The notes under the pieces were generated by a model. It made no database searches. It saw only the letters and a program-made list of their open reading frames with translations, and was not told the DNA's origin. The position numbers and the translations under genes were made by a program. 64,000 nucleotides of DNA from Escherichia coli (GTDB lineage: Bacteria; Pseudomonadota; Gammaproteobacteria; Enterobacterales; Enterobacteriaceae): assembly GCF_003334785.1 (NCBI RefSeq), contig NZ_QOWV01000002.1; one strand, 5' to 3'. Below are positions 22,869-34,865 of this stretch, piece after piece (positions within the stretch are counted from its first letter, which is position 1; each line of letters begins with the position of its first letter).

Positions 22869-24149
22869 ATGAAATTACTTATTCTGGGCAACCACACTTG
22901 CGGCAATCGTGGCGACAGCGCCATCCTGCGCGGCTTACTTGATGCCATCAACATTCTCAATCCACACGCCGAAGTGGATGTGATGAGCCGCTATCCGGTC
23001 AGTTCTTCCTGGCTGCTCAACCGCCCGGTAATGGGCGATCCGCTGTTCCTGCAAATGAAACAACACAATAGCGCGGCGGGCGTTGTCGGGCGCGTTAAAA
23101 AAGTCCTCCGTCGCCGCTACCAGCATCAGGTATTGCTCTCACGCGTCACCGACACTGGCAAGCTGCGCAATATCGCCATCGCCCAGGGATTCACCGACTT
23201 CGTGCGCCTGCTGTCAGGTTACGACGCCATTATTCAGGTCGGCGGATCGTTTTTTGTCGATCTCTATGGCGTGCCGCAGTTTGAACATGCGCTTTGCTCA
23301 TTTATGGCGAAAAAGCCGCTGTTTATGATTGGTCACAGTGTTGGTCCCTTCCAGGATGAGCAATTTAACCAACTGGCGAACTATGTCTTTGGTCATTGCG
23401 ACGCGCTGATCATGCGCGAATCGGTCAGCCTTGATCTGATGAAACGCAGCAATATCACTACCGCAAAAGTGGAACATGGCGTCGATACCGCGTGGCTGGT
23501 CGATCACCACACCGAAGATTTCACCGCCAGCTATGCCGTCCAACACTGGCTGGACGTTGCCGCACAACAGAAAACGGTGGCAATTACCCTGCGCGAACTG
23601 GCACCGTTCGACAAACGTCTCGGCACCACTCAACATGCGTATGAAAAAGCCTTTGCCGGGGTGGTCAATCGCATTCTCGACGAAGGGTATCAGGTGATTG
23701 CGCTCTCCACCTGTACGGGCATCGACAGCTATAACAAAGACGACCGCATGGTGGCGCTCAATCTTCGCCAGCACATCAGCGATCCTGCCCGTTACCATGT
23801 GGTGATGGATGAACTCAACGATCTGGAAATGGGCAAAATTCTGGGTGCCTGTAAACTCACCGTTGGTACGCGTCTGCACTCAGCCATTATCTCAATGAAT
23901 TTTGCCACTCCGGCAATTGCCATCAACTACGAACATAAATCCGCCGGGATTATGCAACAACTGGGGCTGCCAGAGATGGCGATTGATATCCGTCATTTAT
24001 TAGATGGCAGCCTGCAAGCGATGGTTGCGGATACCTTAGGCCAGCTTCCGGTGCTGAACGCACGACTTAGCGAAGCCGTCAGTCGTGAGCGTCAGATAGG
24101 AATGCAGATGGTGCAATCTGTGCTTGAGCGCATCGGGGAGGTGAAATGA
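22869..24149 (+). CDS. wcaK: Colanic-acid pyruvyl transferase WcaK
   Basis: 426 aa; position. Confidence 0.9.
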   Translation: MKLLILGNHTCGNRGDSAILRGLLDAINILNPHAEVDVMSRYPVSSSWLLNRPVMGDPLFLQMKQHNSAAGVVGRVKKVLRRRYQHQVLLSRVTDTGKLRNIAIAQGFTDFVRLLSGYDAIIQVGGSFFVDLYGVPQFEHALCSFMAKKPLFMIGHSVGPFQDEQFNQLANYVFGHCDALIMRESVSLDLMKRSNITTAKVEHGVDTAWLVDHHTEDFTASYAVQHWLDVAAQQKTVAITLRELAPFDKRLGTTQHAYEKAFAGVVNRILDEGYQVIALSTCTGIDSYNKDDRMVALNLRQHISDPARYHVVMDELNDLEMGKILGACKLTVGTRLHSAIISMNFATPAIAINYEHKSAGIMQQLGLPEMAIDIRHLLDGSLQAMVADTLGQLPVLNARLSEAVSRERQIGMQMVQSVLERIGEVK

Positions 24150-25366
24150 AGGTCGGCTTCTTTTTACTGAAATTCCCGCTGTCTTCGGAAACCTTCGTCC
24201 TCAACCAAATCACTGCGTTTATTGATATGGGCTTTGAGGTGGAGATTGTCGCGCTGCAAAAAGGCGATACAGAGAACACCCACGCGGCATGGACGAAATA
24301 CAACCTTGCCGCCAGAACCCGCTGGTTACAGGACGAACCTACGGGCAAAGTGGCGAAACTGCGCCACCGCGCCAGCCAGACCTTACGCGGCATTCATCGT
24401 AAAAATACCTGGCAGGCGCTCAACCTCAAACGCTATGGCGCAGAGTCGCGGAACCTGATTTTGTCTGCCATTTGCGGTCAGGTCGCAACACCATTTCATG
24501 CCGATGTCTTTATCGCTCATTTTGGTCCAGCGGGGGTAACAGCAGCAAAACTCCGCGAACTGGGTGTCATTCGCGGCAAAATTGCTACTATCTTCCACGG
24601 CATTGATATCTCAAGTCGGGAAGTGCTCAACCACTACACTCCCGAATATCAGCAACTGTTCCGCCGTGGCGACCTGATGCTACCGATAAGCGATCTGTGG
24701 GCCGGAAGGCTGCAAAAAATGGGCTGCCCGAGGGAAAAAATCGCCGTATCGCGCATGGGCGTGGACATGACGCGCTTTAGCCCGCGTCCGGTGAAAGCGC
24801 CTGCAACGCCGCTGGAAATCATTTCCGTCGCACGCTTAACCGAGAAAAAAGGCCTGCATGTGGCGATTGAAGCCTGTCGGCAGTTGAAAGAGCAGGGCGT
24901 GGCATTTCGCTATCGCATCCTCGGCATTGGCCCGTGGGAACGACGCCTGCGCACCCTCATCGAACAATATCAACTGGAAGATGTGGTGGAGATGCCGGGC
25001 TTTAAACCGAGCCATGAAGTGAAAGCGATGCTCGACGACGCGGATGTCTTCCTGTTGCCATCGGTAACGGGTGCGGATGGCGATATGGAAGGCATTCCGG
25101 TAGCGCTGATGGAAGCGATGGCGGTCGGCATTCCGGTGGTTTCTACTCTGCATAGCGGAATACCGGAATTGGTGGAGGCCGATAAATCCGGCTGGCTGGT
25201 GCCTGAGAACGATGCTCGCGCACTGGCGCAACGACTGGCTGCGTTTAGCCAACTGGACACCGACGAACTGGCTCCGGTTGTCAAACGTGCGCGCGAAAAA
25301 GTCGAACACGATTTTAACCAGCAGGTGATTAATCGAGAACTCGCCAGCTTGCTGCAGGCTTTATAG
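24146..25366 (+). CDS. wcaL: Colanic-acid glycosyltransferase WcaL (GT4)
   Basis: 406 aa; GT4 E-x7-E-like motif region. Confidence 0.9.
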   Translation: MKVGFFLLKFPLSSETFVLNQITAFIDMGFEVEIVALQKGDTENTHAAWTKYNLAARTRWLQDEPTGKVAKLRHRASQTLRGIHRKNTWQALNLKRYGAESRNLILSAICGQVATPFHADVFIAHFGPAGVTAAKLRELGVIRGKIATIFHGIDISSREVLNHYTPEYQQLFRRGDLMLPISDLWAGRLQKMGCPREKIAVSRMGVDMTRFSPRPVKAPATPLEIISVARLTEKKGLHVAIEACRQLKEQGVAFRYRILGIGPWERRLRTLIEQYQLEDVVEMPGFKPSHEVKAMLDDADVFLLPSVTGADGDMEGIPVALMEAMAVGIPVVSTLHSGIPELVEADKSGWLVPENDARALAQRLAAFSQLDTDELAPVVKRAREKVEHDFNQQVINRELASLLQAL

Positions 25367-25376
25367 AGGAGAACGC

Positions 25377-26771
25377 ATGCCATTTAAAAAACTCTCCCGA
25401 CGCACCTTCCTGGCGGCAAGCTCGGCGCTTGCCTTCCTCCATACCCCTTTCGCTCGCGCACTTCCCGCCCGACAAAGCGTTAACATTAACGACTACAACC
25501 CACACGACTGGATCGCCTCATTTAAACAAGCCTTCAGCGAAGGGCAAACGGTCGTCGTGCCTGCCGGATTGGTTTGTGACAATATCAACACCGGCATCTT
25601 CATTCCTGCAGGTAAAACGTTACACATCTTGGGAAGCCTGCGCGGCAACGGCAGAGGGCGATTTATCTTACAGGACGGCAGCCAGGTGACAGGGGAGGAG
25701 GGCGGCAGTATGCATAACATCACCCTGGATGTGCGTGGCTCTGACTGCACCATCAAAGGGCTGGCGATGAGCGGCTTTGGCCCGGTAACGCAGATTTATA
25801 TCGGCGGCAAAAACAAACGGGTCATGCGCAACCTGACCATCGATAATCTCACCGTTAACCACGCTAATTACGCTATTTTGCGCCAGGGATTTCATAACCA
25901 GATAATCGGTGCCAACATCACCAATTGTAAGTTCAGTGACTTACAAGGCGACGCCATTGAATGGAACGTGGCAATTAACGACAGTGATATTTTGATATCT
26001 GACCATGTCATCGAGCGCATCAACTGTACTAACGGCAAAATCAACTGGGGCATTGGCATAGGTCTTGCGGGAAGTACCTACGATAACAACTACCCGGAAG
26101 ACCAGGCAGTGAAAAACTTTGTCGTGGCGAATATCACGGGATCGGATTGTCGGCAGTTGATCCATGTTGAAAATGGCAAACATTTTGTTATTAGTAATAT
26201 CAAAGCCCGCAATATCACGCCGGATTTCAGTAAGAAAGCGGGCATTGATAACGCCACGGTCGCTATTTACGGTTGTGACAATTTCGTGATTGATAATATT
26301 GAAATGATTAATAGCGCCGGGATGTTAATCGGCTATGGGGTAATTAAAGGCAAATATCTCTCGATACCGCAAAATTTCCGAGTGAATAATATTCAACTGG
26401 ATAATACCCACCTTGCTTATAAATTGCGCGGTATCCAAATCTCCGCCGGGAATGCCGTCTCCTTTGTGTCGCTAACTAATATTGAGATGAAGCGTGCCTC
26501 GCTGGAGTTACACAACAAGCCGCAACATCTTTTTATGCGTAATATCAATGTGATGCAGGAATCCTCTGTTGGACCCGCATTGATCATGAACTTCGACATG
26601 CGCAAAGACGTTCGAGGCGTCTTTATGGCGAAAGAAGAAACACTGCTGTCTCTTGCAAATGTTCATGCGGTGAATGAAAGAGGGCAAAGCTCCGTCGATA
26701 TCGACAGGATTAATCACCATATTGTTAATGTGGAAAAGATTAACTTTAGATTGCCGGAACGGAGGGAGTAG
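25377..26771 (+). CDS. wcaM: Colanic-acid biosynthesis protein WcaM (secreted, beta-helix-like)
   Basis: 464 aa; N-terminal signal-like segment; last gene of the cluster. Confidence 0.85.
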   Translation: MPFKKLSRRTFLAASSALAFLHTPFARALPARQSVNINDYNPHDWIASFKQAFSEGQTVVVPAGLVCDNINTGIFIPAGKTLHILGSLRGNGRGRFILQDGSQVTGEEGGSMHNITLDVRGSDCTIKGLAMSGFGPVTQIYIGGKNKRVMRNLTIDNLTVNHANYAILRQGFHNQIIGANITNCKFSDLQGDAIEWNVAINDSDILISDHVIERINCTNGKINWGIGIGLAGSTYDNNYPEDQAVKNFVVANITGSDCRQLIHVENGKHFVISNIKARNITPDFSKKAGIDNATVAIYGCDNFVIDNIEMINSAGMLIGYGVIKGKYLSIPQNFRVNNIQLDNTHLAYKLRGIQISAGNAVSFVSLTNIEMKRASLELHNKPQHLFMRNINVMQESSVGPALIMNFDMRKDVRGVFMAKEETLLSLANVHAVNERGQSSVDIDRINHHIVNVEKINFRLPERRE

Positions 26772-26945
26772 ATTTGCGACCATTCCTGGAAAAATGGAGC
26801 CATACTTAGGAACAATGCTACTGCAATCCACAACGAAGCGGCGTAACATCACAAGTAATTCAGTAATCAATTCAGGGTAATTGATGCTGGCGAAAAAAAT
26901 CGAACAAGCTATAATTCAGCAACCATTTTACAGGTGGATGAAATA

Positions 26946-27839
26946 ATGACGAATTTAAAAGCAGTTATTCCTGTAGCGGGTCTTGGGATGCATATGTTGC
27001 CTGCCACTAAGGCGATTCCCAAAGAGATGCTACCGATCGTCGACAAGCCAATGATTCAGTACATTGTTGACGAGATTGTGGCTGCAGGGATCAAAGAAAT
27101 CCTCCTGGTAACTCATGCGTCCAAGAACGCGGTCGAAAACCACTTCGACACCTCTTATGAATTAGAATCTCTTCTTGAACTGCGCGTGAAGCGTCAACTA
27201 CTGGCGGAAGTTCAGTCCATCTGCCCGCCGGGCGTGACCATTATGAACGTACGTCAGGGCGAACCTTTAGGTTTAGGTCACTCCATTTTGTGTGCACGAC
27301 CCGCCATTGGTGACAACCCATTTGTCGTGGTGCTGCCAGACGTTGTGATCGACGACGCCAGTGCCGACCCGCTGCGCTACAACCTTGCAGCCATGATTGC
27401 GCGCTTCAACGAAACGGGCCGCAGCCAGGTGCTGGCAAAACGTATGCCGGGTGACCTCTCTGAATACTCCGTCATTCAGACCAAAGAACCACTGGATCGT
27501 GAAGGTAAAGTCAGCCGCATTGTTGAATTTATCGAAAAACCGGATCAGCCGCAGACGCTGGATTCAGACATCATGGCCGTTGGTCGCTATGTGCTTTCTG
27601 CAGATATTTGGCCGGAACTTGAACGCACTCAGCCTGGTGCATGGGGGCGTATTCAGCTGACTGATGCCATCGCTGAACTGGCGAAAAAACAGTCTGTTGA
27701 TGCCATGCTGATGACAGGTGACAGCTACGACTGCGGTAAAAAAATGGGTTATATGCAGGCATTTGTGAAGTATGGACTACGCAACCTGAAAGAAGGGGCG
27801 AAGTTCCGTAAAGGTATTGAGAAGCTGTTAAGCGAATAA
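26946..27839 (+). CDS. galF: UTP-glucose-1-phosphate uridylyltransferase paralog GalF
   Basis: Start at [14 protein letters not shown]; flanks the O-antigen cluster. Confidence 0.9.
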   Translation: MTNLKAVIPVAGLGMHMLPATKAIPKEMLPIVDKPMIQYIVDEIVAAGIKEILLVTHASKNAVENHFDTSYELESLLELRVKRQLLAEVQSICPPGVTIMNVRQGEPLGLGHSILCARPAIGDNPFVVVLPDVVIDDASADPLRYNLAAMIARFNETGRSQVLAKRMPGDLSEYSVIQTKEPLDREGKVSRIVEFIEKPDQPQTLDSDIMAVGRYVLSADIWPELERTQPGAWGRIQLTDAIAELAKKQSVDAMLMTGDSYDCGKKMGYMQAFVKYGLRNLKEGAKFRKGIEKLLSE

Positions 27840-28097
27840 TGAAAATCTGACCGAATGTAACGGTTGATAAGAAAATTATAACGGCAGTGAAGATTCGTGG
27901 CGAAAGTAATTTGCTGCGAATATTCCTGCCGTTGTTTTATATAAACAATCAGAATAACAACGAGTTAGCAATAGGATTTTAGTCAAAGATTTCCAGGATT
28001 TTCCTTGTTTCCAGAGCGGATTGGTAAGACAATTAGCGTTTGAATTTTTCGGGTTTAGCGCGAGTGGGTAACGCTCGTCACATCGTAGACATGCATG

Positions 28098-28136
28098 CAG
28101 TGCTCTGGTAGCTGTAAAGCCAGGGGCGGTAGCGTG
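28098..28136 (+). promoter_or_regulatory. JUMPStart element with ops motif GGCGGTAGCGTG (28125..28136) upstream of the O-antigen operon
   Basis: cagtgctctggtagctgtaaagccaggggcggtagcgtg read directly; near-repeat of 3596..3638. Confidence 0.85.
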
Positions 28137-28195
28137 CTGAAATTATAAAGTCATTCTTATAGAACATCGCATTTCAATAATATAATTACACCTAA

Positions 28196-29452
28196 ATGAA
28201 TAGGATACAACGTGTGCATAATTATTTAAGGCTTAAAGATAAAATAAAAAACGTATTTTTAGGGTTATATATATTGCAGTTATTTAATTATATCGCGCCA
28301 TTGGTAATTATCCCTATCCTGATAAAATATATTGGGTTGGGGGAATATGGGGAATTAGTCTATATTACATCTATTTATCAAATAGTGGCTTTGTTTATTG
28401 ATTTTGGCTTTACTTACACAGGACCTGTGGTTGCTGCGAGACATAAATGTGAGATCCAAAATTTACAGCGCTATTACTCAATAGTTGTTCTTTTAAAATC
28501 ATTGCTTTTTATAATTGCATTAACATGTGTATTTTTATTGTGCAGATTAAATATAGTCCACTTGTCATTTTTGGGGTTTTTGTCAATTTTTCTATGCTCT
28601 ATTGGTAATATAGTATCGCCCAATTGGTTTTTGCAGGGGATTGGTGATTTTAAAAAACTTTCATACTCTCAAGTAATAGTGAGAATAACATTGTTTATCA
28701 TGCTTCTTGTTTATGTCTGTAGTGGCGGAGATAATGTTTTTATCTTAAGTTTTTTACAAAATGCAACATTACTCATATGCTGTATATACTTATGGCCAAA
28801 TATTCATATTAGCCATGTTGTTCATCTTAAACCTAATGAATGCATTGTGGAATTTAAGAAGGCAGGAAATGTTTTTATTGGCGTAATAGGTACGATTGGT
28901 TACAATGGTCTAATTCCTGTGTTAATTGGAAACCTTTGCGGTAATACGAGTCTTGGTGTTTTTTCAATCGTTCAAAAAATGACAACAGCATGTCAAAGCC
29001 TAATTAATCCAATATCACAGTATATGTTATCACAAGTTTCAGAAATTAAACCTCAAGATGAACTGTTTTATTATAGAATTAAAAAAAGTTTTTTTGTGCA
29101 TTTAACAATTAGCATAATTGCATGTTTATGTTATATGGGGTTAGGGCAATATGTGGCGACTTTTATAGGTAAAGTTGACGTTTCATTTGTTATTATTTTA
29201 TATGCGTCAGTAATTACAATTTTTTCATCTTTAAATAATGTCCTTGGTATACAGTTTCTTATACCGACAGATAATGTAAAAATACTGCGAAGTATAAATG
29301 TTATAGCGGGAATTATTGTTGTTAGTTTGTCCTGGCTGTTAATATCACGCTTTGACATTCTGGGGGGGGTTTTATTAAATCTAATTGGTGAGTTTCTTGT
29401 ATTCAGTATGCTAGCTTTTATTGCCCATCGTAAGTGGGGAGCGAGAGTATAA
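28196..29452 (+). CDS. wzx: O-antigen flippase Wzx (MOP superfamily)
   Basis: 418 aa, about 12 predicted membrane spans, AT-rich; first gene after JUMPStart. Confidence 0.75.
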   Translation: MNRIQRVHNYLRLKDKIKNVFLGLYILQLFNYIAPLVIIPILIKYIGLGEYGELVYITSIYQIVALFIDFGFTYTGPVVAARHKCEIQNLQRYYSIVVLLKSLLFIIALTCVFLLCRLNIVHLSFLGFLSIFLCSIGNIVSPNWFLQGIGDFKKLSYSQVIVRITLFIMLLVYVCSGGDNVFILSFLQNATLLICCIYLWPNIHISHVVHLKPNECIVEFKKAGNVFIGVIGTIGYNGLIPVLIGNLCGNTSLGVFSIVQKMTTACQSLINPISQYMLSQVSEIKPQDELFYYRIKKSFFVHLTISIIACLCYMGLGQYVATFIGKVDVSFVIILYASVITIFSSLNNVLGIQFLIPTDNVKILRSINVIAGIIVVSLSWLLISRFDILGGVLLNLIGEFLVFSMLAFIAHRKWGARV

Positions 29453-30795
29453 TGAAAGTGAAGGCGGTTCCTGCTATTACATTCTATTTAAGTTTAATGC
29501 TGACAATTTTAGTGTTACTGTTTGGTAATGAACCAAATAAATCACAATATATTCTTGTTATAGCAACGATAACAGTTTTTTATATCGCGTATATCACTAA
29601 TAAAATAACTTCTCCGGCCAGCCTTCTCGTTATATCATCTTTTGTGTTTTTAGGTTGTCGACCTTTATTATCTTTGTTTGCAAACTATGATTACAGGATT
29701 GCCGATTGGTTTATTGAAGGATATATGGATGACGATGTGATTATGGCTAACTATGCTATAACATTAATGTATTATGGTTATACATTGGGACTAATTCTAT
29801 GCAGAAATACTGAAAAAATTTATCCGCATGGATCATATCCAGAGAAACAATTGCTAAAAATAAAGTTTCTTTTGACTTTATTTTTTCTGGGTTCGATAGG
29901 TATGGTTGTGAAAGGGATATTCTTTTTTAACTTTATAGAATCTAATAGTTATGTTGATATATATCAATCAAATATAACAACGCCAATAGGTTATGATTTT
30001 CTGTCTTATTTGTTTTATTGTTCTTTTTTCCTTATATGTGCGTTTCATATACAGTTCAGAACAAATAAAAAATTTCTTTTTATTGCGATATGCATTGCTG
30101 CATTTAGCACCTTGAAGGGTAGTCGTAGTGAAGCTATAACGTTTCTTTTAACGGTTACATGTATATATTTTAATGAAGTAAAGACAAGAAACTTACGTTT
30201 GCTGATTACAATGATTTTTGTTTTTAGCGTCATTTTTGTGATTAGTGAATTTATCTCAATGTGGCGCACTGGAGGGAGTTTTATTCAATTAATGCAGGGT
30301 AATAATCCTGTTATAAACTTTGTATACGGCATGGGAGTATCATATCTTTCCATTTATCAATCAGTAAAACTACAACTATTGTCAGGGGGGTATAATGTTA
30401 CCTATCTATTCAGCCAGTTAATAATAACTTGCTCGTCAATATTTAATGTTAAATTGAGCTTGCCGGAAATAAGCTATAGCCATTTGGCCTCATACACAGC
30501 AAACCCAGAACTATATAATCTTGGGTTCGGACTTGGGGGAAGTTATTTAGCAGAATCGTTTTTAGCATTTGGTCTTATTGGGTGTTTCATAATACCCTTT
30601 TTACTTTTACTTAATTTAAATGTATTGGAAAAATACACAAAAAACAAACCAATCATATATTTTGTTTATTATAGTGTGTTGCCACCTATATTATTCACAC
30701 CAAGAGAGACTTTGTTCTATTTCTTCCCCTATCTTGTCAAAAGTATATTTGTTGCTTTTTTAGTTACATTATACATCCAGTATAAAAAGGATTGA
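29452..30795 (+). CDS. wzy: O-antigen polymerase Wzy (putative)
   Basis: Highly hydrophobic polytopic protein; ATG at 29452 overlaps the wzx stop (TAATG); the ORF track offers an upstream start at 29434. Confidence 0.65.
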   Translation: MKVKAVPAITFYLSLMLTILVLLFGNEPNKSQYILVIATITVFYIAYITNKITSPASLLVISSFVFLGCRPLLSLFANYDYRIADWFIEGYMDDDVIMANYAITLMYYGYTLGLILCRNTEKIYPHGSYPEKQLLKIKFLLTLFFLGSIGMVVKGIFFFNFIESNSYVDIYQSNITTPIGYDFLSYLFYCSFFLICAFHIQFRTNKKFLFIAICIAAFSTLKGSRSEAITFLLTVTCIYFNEVKTRNLRLLITMIFVFSVIFVISEFISMWRTGGSFIQLMQGNNPVINFVYGMGVSYLSIYQSVKLQLLSGGYNVTYLFSQLIITCSSIFNVKLSLPEISYSHLASYTANPELYNLGFGLGGSYLAESFLAFGLIGCFIIPFLLLLNLNVLEKYTKNKPIIYFVYYSVLPPILFTPRETLFYFFPYLVKSIFVAFLVTLYIQYKKD

Positions 30796-30800
30796 CGAAA

Positions 30801-31661
30801 ATGTCAGAAAAAAATGTCAGCATAATAATCCCAAGTTATAACAGGGCTCATATTCTTAAGGAGGTCATACCAAGTTATTTTCAGGATGAGACTTTAGAGG
30901 TAATAGTTATCAATGATGGATCAACAGATAATACAAATAGTGTATTAGCTGAACTGAAGGAAAAATATTCTCAATTAGTTATTTTAGAAAATGATACGAA
31001 CAAAAAACAGATGTATTCTAAAAACCGAGGGATTGAAATAGCCAAAGGGAAATATATTTTTTTTGGTGATGATGACTCTTACCTCTTACCCGGTGTTATA
31101 TCTCGGTTATTGGCTACAAAATATGAGACAGGCGCTGATGTAATCGGCGCAAGAATACTCTATATGAATAATAACGAGAAAACAATTGAAGATTGCATAA
31201 ATCGACATAAAACAGAGGGGCGTTTTGTTAGTGATTTAAATAGATTGGATTTTAGTTATACATGTGATTTGGACCATCCGATTGAATGTTTTTATGCACA
31301 GTCTATTATTCTAGCTGAAAGGGAACTAATATCGAAATATCGATTTGATATATCTTATACGGGAAACTGCTATCGTGAGGAAACTGATTTCATGTTATCT
31401 CTTTTTATAAAAAATAAAAAATTTATATATGATTCAAAGGCTCTGTTAATAAATTTACCTCCACGAAAAGCGACGGGAGGGGCAAGAACAGCTAATCGAT
31501 TAAAATATCATTATGAAAGTTGCATAAATAATTATAGATTTTTAAAAAAATATAATGATAATTTGAATCTTCTTTCAGGACAAAAGCATGCTATATTTTA
31601 CCGACAGTGTCAATTCGTTCTGCTAAAAATTAAGTCGTTTATCGGGAAGTTTTTAAAATGA
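30801..31661 (+). CDS. Glycosyltransferase family 2 (O-unit synthesis)
   Basis: N-terminal SIIIPSYNRA...INDGSTDNT and downstream DDD motif typical of GT2; ATG 30801 preceded by aagga. Confidence 0.75.
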   Translation: MSEKNVSIIIPSYNRAHILKEVIPSYFQDETLEVIVINDGSTDNTNSVLAELKEKYSQLVILENDTNKKQMYSKNRGIEIAKGKYIFFGDDDSYLLPGVISRLLATKYETGADVIGARILYMNNNEKTIEDCINRHKTEGRFVSDLNRLDFSYTCDLDHPIECFYAQSIILAERELISKYRFDISYTGNCYREETDFMLSLFIKNKKFIYDSKALLINLPPRKATGGARTANRLKYHYESCINNYRFLKKYNDNLNLLSGQKHAIFYRQCQFVLLKIKSFIGKFLK

Positions 31662-32689
31662 TTGTATATATTGCCGCGTATAATGGTTCAGGAGGGCAAG
31701 GTGGGGTGGAAAGGGTTGTTGCCCAACAATGTAACATTCTTAAAAATTTGGGGGTTAAAGTCATTATACTTGATAAAGCATACTTCAAAATTTCTAACAA
31801 AATTCGTAACAAAAAAATACAAGTAGCACTTTATCCAATATTAGTTTCTCTTTATTTAACCTTACAAAAATTACGTGGCGTGACGTTTAAAGTTATTGCG
31901 CATGGCTATTGTTCTCCTTTTTATAGGAATGACATCTTAATAGCTCATGGCAATATGAAATGTTATTTTCAAACAGTCATGAAAAAAAAACCTAATCGAT
32001 TGTCCGGCAGTGGTCTTTTATCTTTCTATGAGCGTTTGGCTGGATCATTCTCAAAAAATATCTGGGCTGTTTCAAATAAGGTTAAAAGTGAATGGAATGA
32101 GCTTTACAATATTAATTCACATAAAATTAAAGTTGTTCGAAATTTTATAAATCTTGAACAATTTGATTGCACTGATGTTAATGAAGCACAATATGTGACA
32201 TTTGTCGGGCGATTGGAAAAAGGAAAAGGAATAGATGATCTGTATTACATATGTAAAAATCTGCCAGATACTTCCTTCCATTTAGTTTCAAGTATTCCCG
32301 CCCCACAAAATTTTGCTTCGCTAAATAATGTTCTGACCAGCATTGCTGTCCCCTATGCGAAAATGCCAGAAATATTTAAGAAATCCAGAGTACTTATTTT
32401 ACCGTCCTATTATGAAGGATATGAGCTGGTTACTATTGAAGCGCTATGCTGTGGTTGCCCTGTGATAGGCTATAACGTTGGTGCAATTAGAGAGTTGTAT
32501 GCTGAAAGTTTTCCTGGCGTGTTTATTGCCAATAATAAAGAAGATTTAGCACAAGTAGCCTACGAACTAATTAGTCTTGATAATGAAAAATATTATCATT
32601 TGAGACAAACTATTTATAGCAAGCGTGAGCTTTTTTCTGAAGAGAGATATGCGGAAATTTTAACGGCGGCATTTAATGAAAAAAAATAA
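31658..32689 (+). CDS. Glycosyltransferase, GT4/group-1 type
   Basis: 343 aa; C-terminal LPSYYEGYELVTIEA E-x7-E motif. Confidence 0.75.
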   Translation: MIVYIAAYNGSGGQGGVERVVAQQCNILKNLGVKVIILDKAYFKISNKIRNKKIQVALYPILVSLYLTLQKLRGVTFKVIAHGYCSPFYRNDILIAHGNMKCYFQTVMKKKPNRLSGSGLLSFYERLAGSFSKNIWAVSNKVKSEWNELYNINSHKIKVVRNFINLEQFDCTDVNEAQYVTFVGRLEKGKGIDDLYYICKNLPDTSFHLVSSIPAPQNFASLNNVLTSIAVPYAKMPEIFKKSRVLILPSYYEGYELVTIEALCCGCPVIGYNVGAIRELYAESFPGVFIANNKEDLAQVAYELISLDNEKYYHLRQTIYSKRELFSEERYAEILTAAFNEKK

Positions 32690-33821
32690 GAAACTATGTC
32701 TCATTTCAATTAACTCATATAATGAACTTACCGGAGGAGGAGTATATTTACGTACGCTTGTTAGTTTTCTACAAAAACAGAATGTTAATTTAACACTTAT
32801 TGATAAAAAATCTTCAGGTAAACTATTCGAAGACAATACTTTTCAACATATATCATTTATTAAAGGTAAACGTCAGGATATTATATCCAGGCTTTTTTTT
32901 ATACCATCATTTTATGTCCCTTATATTTTCTCAATAATTAAAATTTTACGGAAGCAAGATATTCTAGCTTTTCACAACTCTCGACTTGGATTGTTATGTC
33001 TGCTTTTTAGAATACTCATGCCCCATAAAAAGATCATATTGTTTACGGATAACTTCGAATATGACTTAATAAGACAAAAAGATAAAAACATAACTACTTT
33101 TGTTGAAAAAATAATTGTTTATCTCAATGAATTTATCGGGCTTAAGAATTCACATTTAGTTAGCTATATTACCCGGCAAGATAAAAATGCAATGGATAAA
33201 TTTTATGGGGTTAAAAAAAGCAGAAATTTAATTCTCCCTGTGATATTTAGTAGAGAAAAGCCAACTGATGTATTATCAGCTCACTTTATTAATGAGTATA
33301 ATCGATTGAATAATGATAATAGGAAAAAAGTAGTATTTACTGCATCTTTTGATTTTTTTCCAAATATAGATGCTGCCAACTATGTTTTAAATGCAGCAAA
33401 GTCGAATAATGATTATTGCTATATTTTGGCAGGTAGGAAAAGTACTACTTTGAATCTTCCTGATTTGGATAATTTATTTTTTTTCGATAATCTATCTAAT
33501 AGTGAAATGTCATATTTATTATCTGCTTGTGATATTTTTTATTCTCCTATAGTTTTAGGAAGTGGAATGAAAACAAAAATTGCAGAAGCGCTATCATATG
33601 GATTATATATTTATGCGACAGAGCATTCCTTAATCGGCTATGATGAAATTATAAACAACAAGGAGTGTGTTAAAAAAATCTCACATTTGGATGAGGAATT
33701 TCCTAAAGATTTCAAGGTGAAAAGTATCAATAAACAGCTAATAATGTCTTATCAGCAAAAATATTATTCACATTATCGGTTTAATGGCCATGAACTTGAC
33801 ATGATAAATATTGACGATTAG
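32676..33821 (+). CDS. Glycosyltransferase (probable GT4-like)
   Basis: 381 aa; general GT-B-like layout; weaker motif support than neighbours. Confidence 0.6.
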   Translation: MKKNKKLCLISINSYNELTGGGVYLRTLVSFLQKQNVNLTLIDKKSSGKLFEDNTFQHISFIKGKRQDIISRLFFIPSFYVPYIFSIIKILRKQDILAFHNSRLGLLCLLFRILMPHKKIILFTDNFEYDLIRQKDKNITTFVEKIIVYLNEFIGLKNSHLVSYITRQDKNAMDKFYGVKKSRNLILPVIFSREKPTDVLSAHFINEYNRLNNDNRKKVVFTASFDFFPNIDAANYVLNAAKSNNDYCYILAGRKSTTLNLPDLDNLFFFDNLSNSEMSYLLSACDIFYSPIVLGSGMKTKIAEALSYGLYIYATEHSLIGYDEIINNKECVKKISHLDEEFPKDFKVKSINKQLIMSYQQKYYSHYRFNGHELDMINIDD

Positions 33822-33837
33822 TTAGTGGAGATATAAT

Positions 33838-34845
33838 ATGAACATATTAGTAACTGGTGGTGCTGGATATATCGGATCTCATACGGCTATTGAATTACTA
33901 AATGCAGGTCATGAGATTATCGTTCTGGACAATTTCAGTAATGCTTCATACAAGTGTATCGAAAAAATAAAAGAAATTACTCGACGTGATTTTATAACAA
34001 TTACAGGAGATGCTGGGTGTAGGAAGACACTCTCCGCTATTTTCGAGAAACACGCCATAGATATAGTTATTCATTTTGCTGGCTTTAAATCTGTTTCAGA
34101 GTCTAAAAGTGAACCCTTAAAGTATTACCAAAATAATGTTGGAGTGACCATTACTTTATTACAGGTAATGGAAGAGTACAAAATTAAAAAATTTATCTTT
34201 AGTTCATCTGCGACAGTCTATGGTGAACCAGAGATAATTCCAATTTCAGAAACAGCTAAAATTGGAGGAACTACGAATCCATATGGCACATCGAAATATT
34301 TTGTTGAAAAAATTCTAGAGGATGTTAGTTCCACGGGAAAACTGGATATAATTTGCTTGAGATATTTTAATCCTGTCGGTGCTCATTCTAGTGGTAAAAT
34401 AGGTGAAGCTCCATCTGGTATCCCTAATAATCTTGTCCCTTATTTATTGGATGTTGCAAGTGGTAAACGTGATAAATTATTTATTTATGGCAATGATTAT
34501 CCTACTAATGATGGAACAGGTGTAAGAGATTTTATTCATGTTGTTGACTTAGCGAAAGGTCATTTGGCTGCAATGAATTATTTAAGTATCAATTCGGGAT
34601 ATAATATCTTTAATCTTGGTACAGGAAAAGGTTATTCAGTGCTTGAATTAATCACTACATTTGAAAAATTAACAAACATTAAGGTCAATAAATCTTTTAT
34701 AGAGAGAAGGGCAGGGGATGTTGCGTCTTGTTGGGCTGATGCAGATAAAGCTAATTCTTTATTGGACTGGAAAGCCGAACAAACTCTAGAACAGATGTTA
34801 TTGGACTCGTGGCGTTGGAAAAAAAATTATCCAGACGGATTCTGA
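33838..34845 (+). CDS. gne: UDP-hexose / UDP-N-acetylhexosamine 4-epimerase (GalE/Gne family)
   Basis: 335 aa; N-terminal TGGAGYIGSH Rossmann motif and YGTSK catalytic motif of short-chain epimerases. Confidence 0.8.
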   Translation: MNILVTGGAGYIGSHTAIELLNAGHEIIVLDNFSNASYKCIEKIKEITRRDFITITGDAGCRKTLSAIFEKHAIDIVIHFAGFKSVSESKSEPLKYYQNNVGVTITLLQVMEEYKIKKFIFSSSATVYGEPEIIPISETAKIGGTTNPYGTSKYFVEKILEDVSSTGKLDIICLRYFNPVGAHSSGKIGEAPSGIPNNLVPYLLDVASGKRDKLFIYGNDYPTNDGTGVRDFIHVVDLAKGHLAAMNYLSINSGYNIFNLGTGKGYSVLELITTFEKLTNIKVNKSFIERRAGDVASCWADADKANSLLDWKAEQTLEQMLLDSWRWKKNYPDGF

Positions 34846-34865
34846 ATAAAAAAGGTTTCAGTTTT

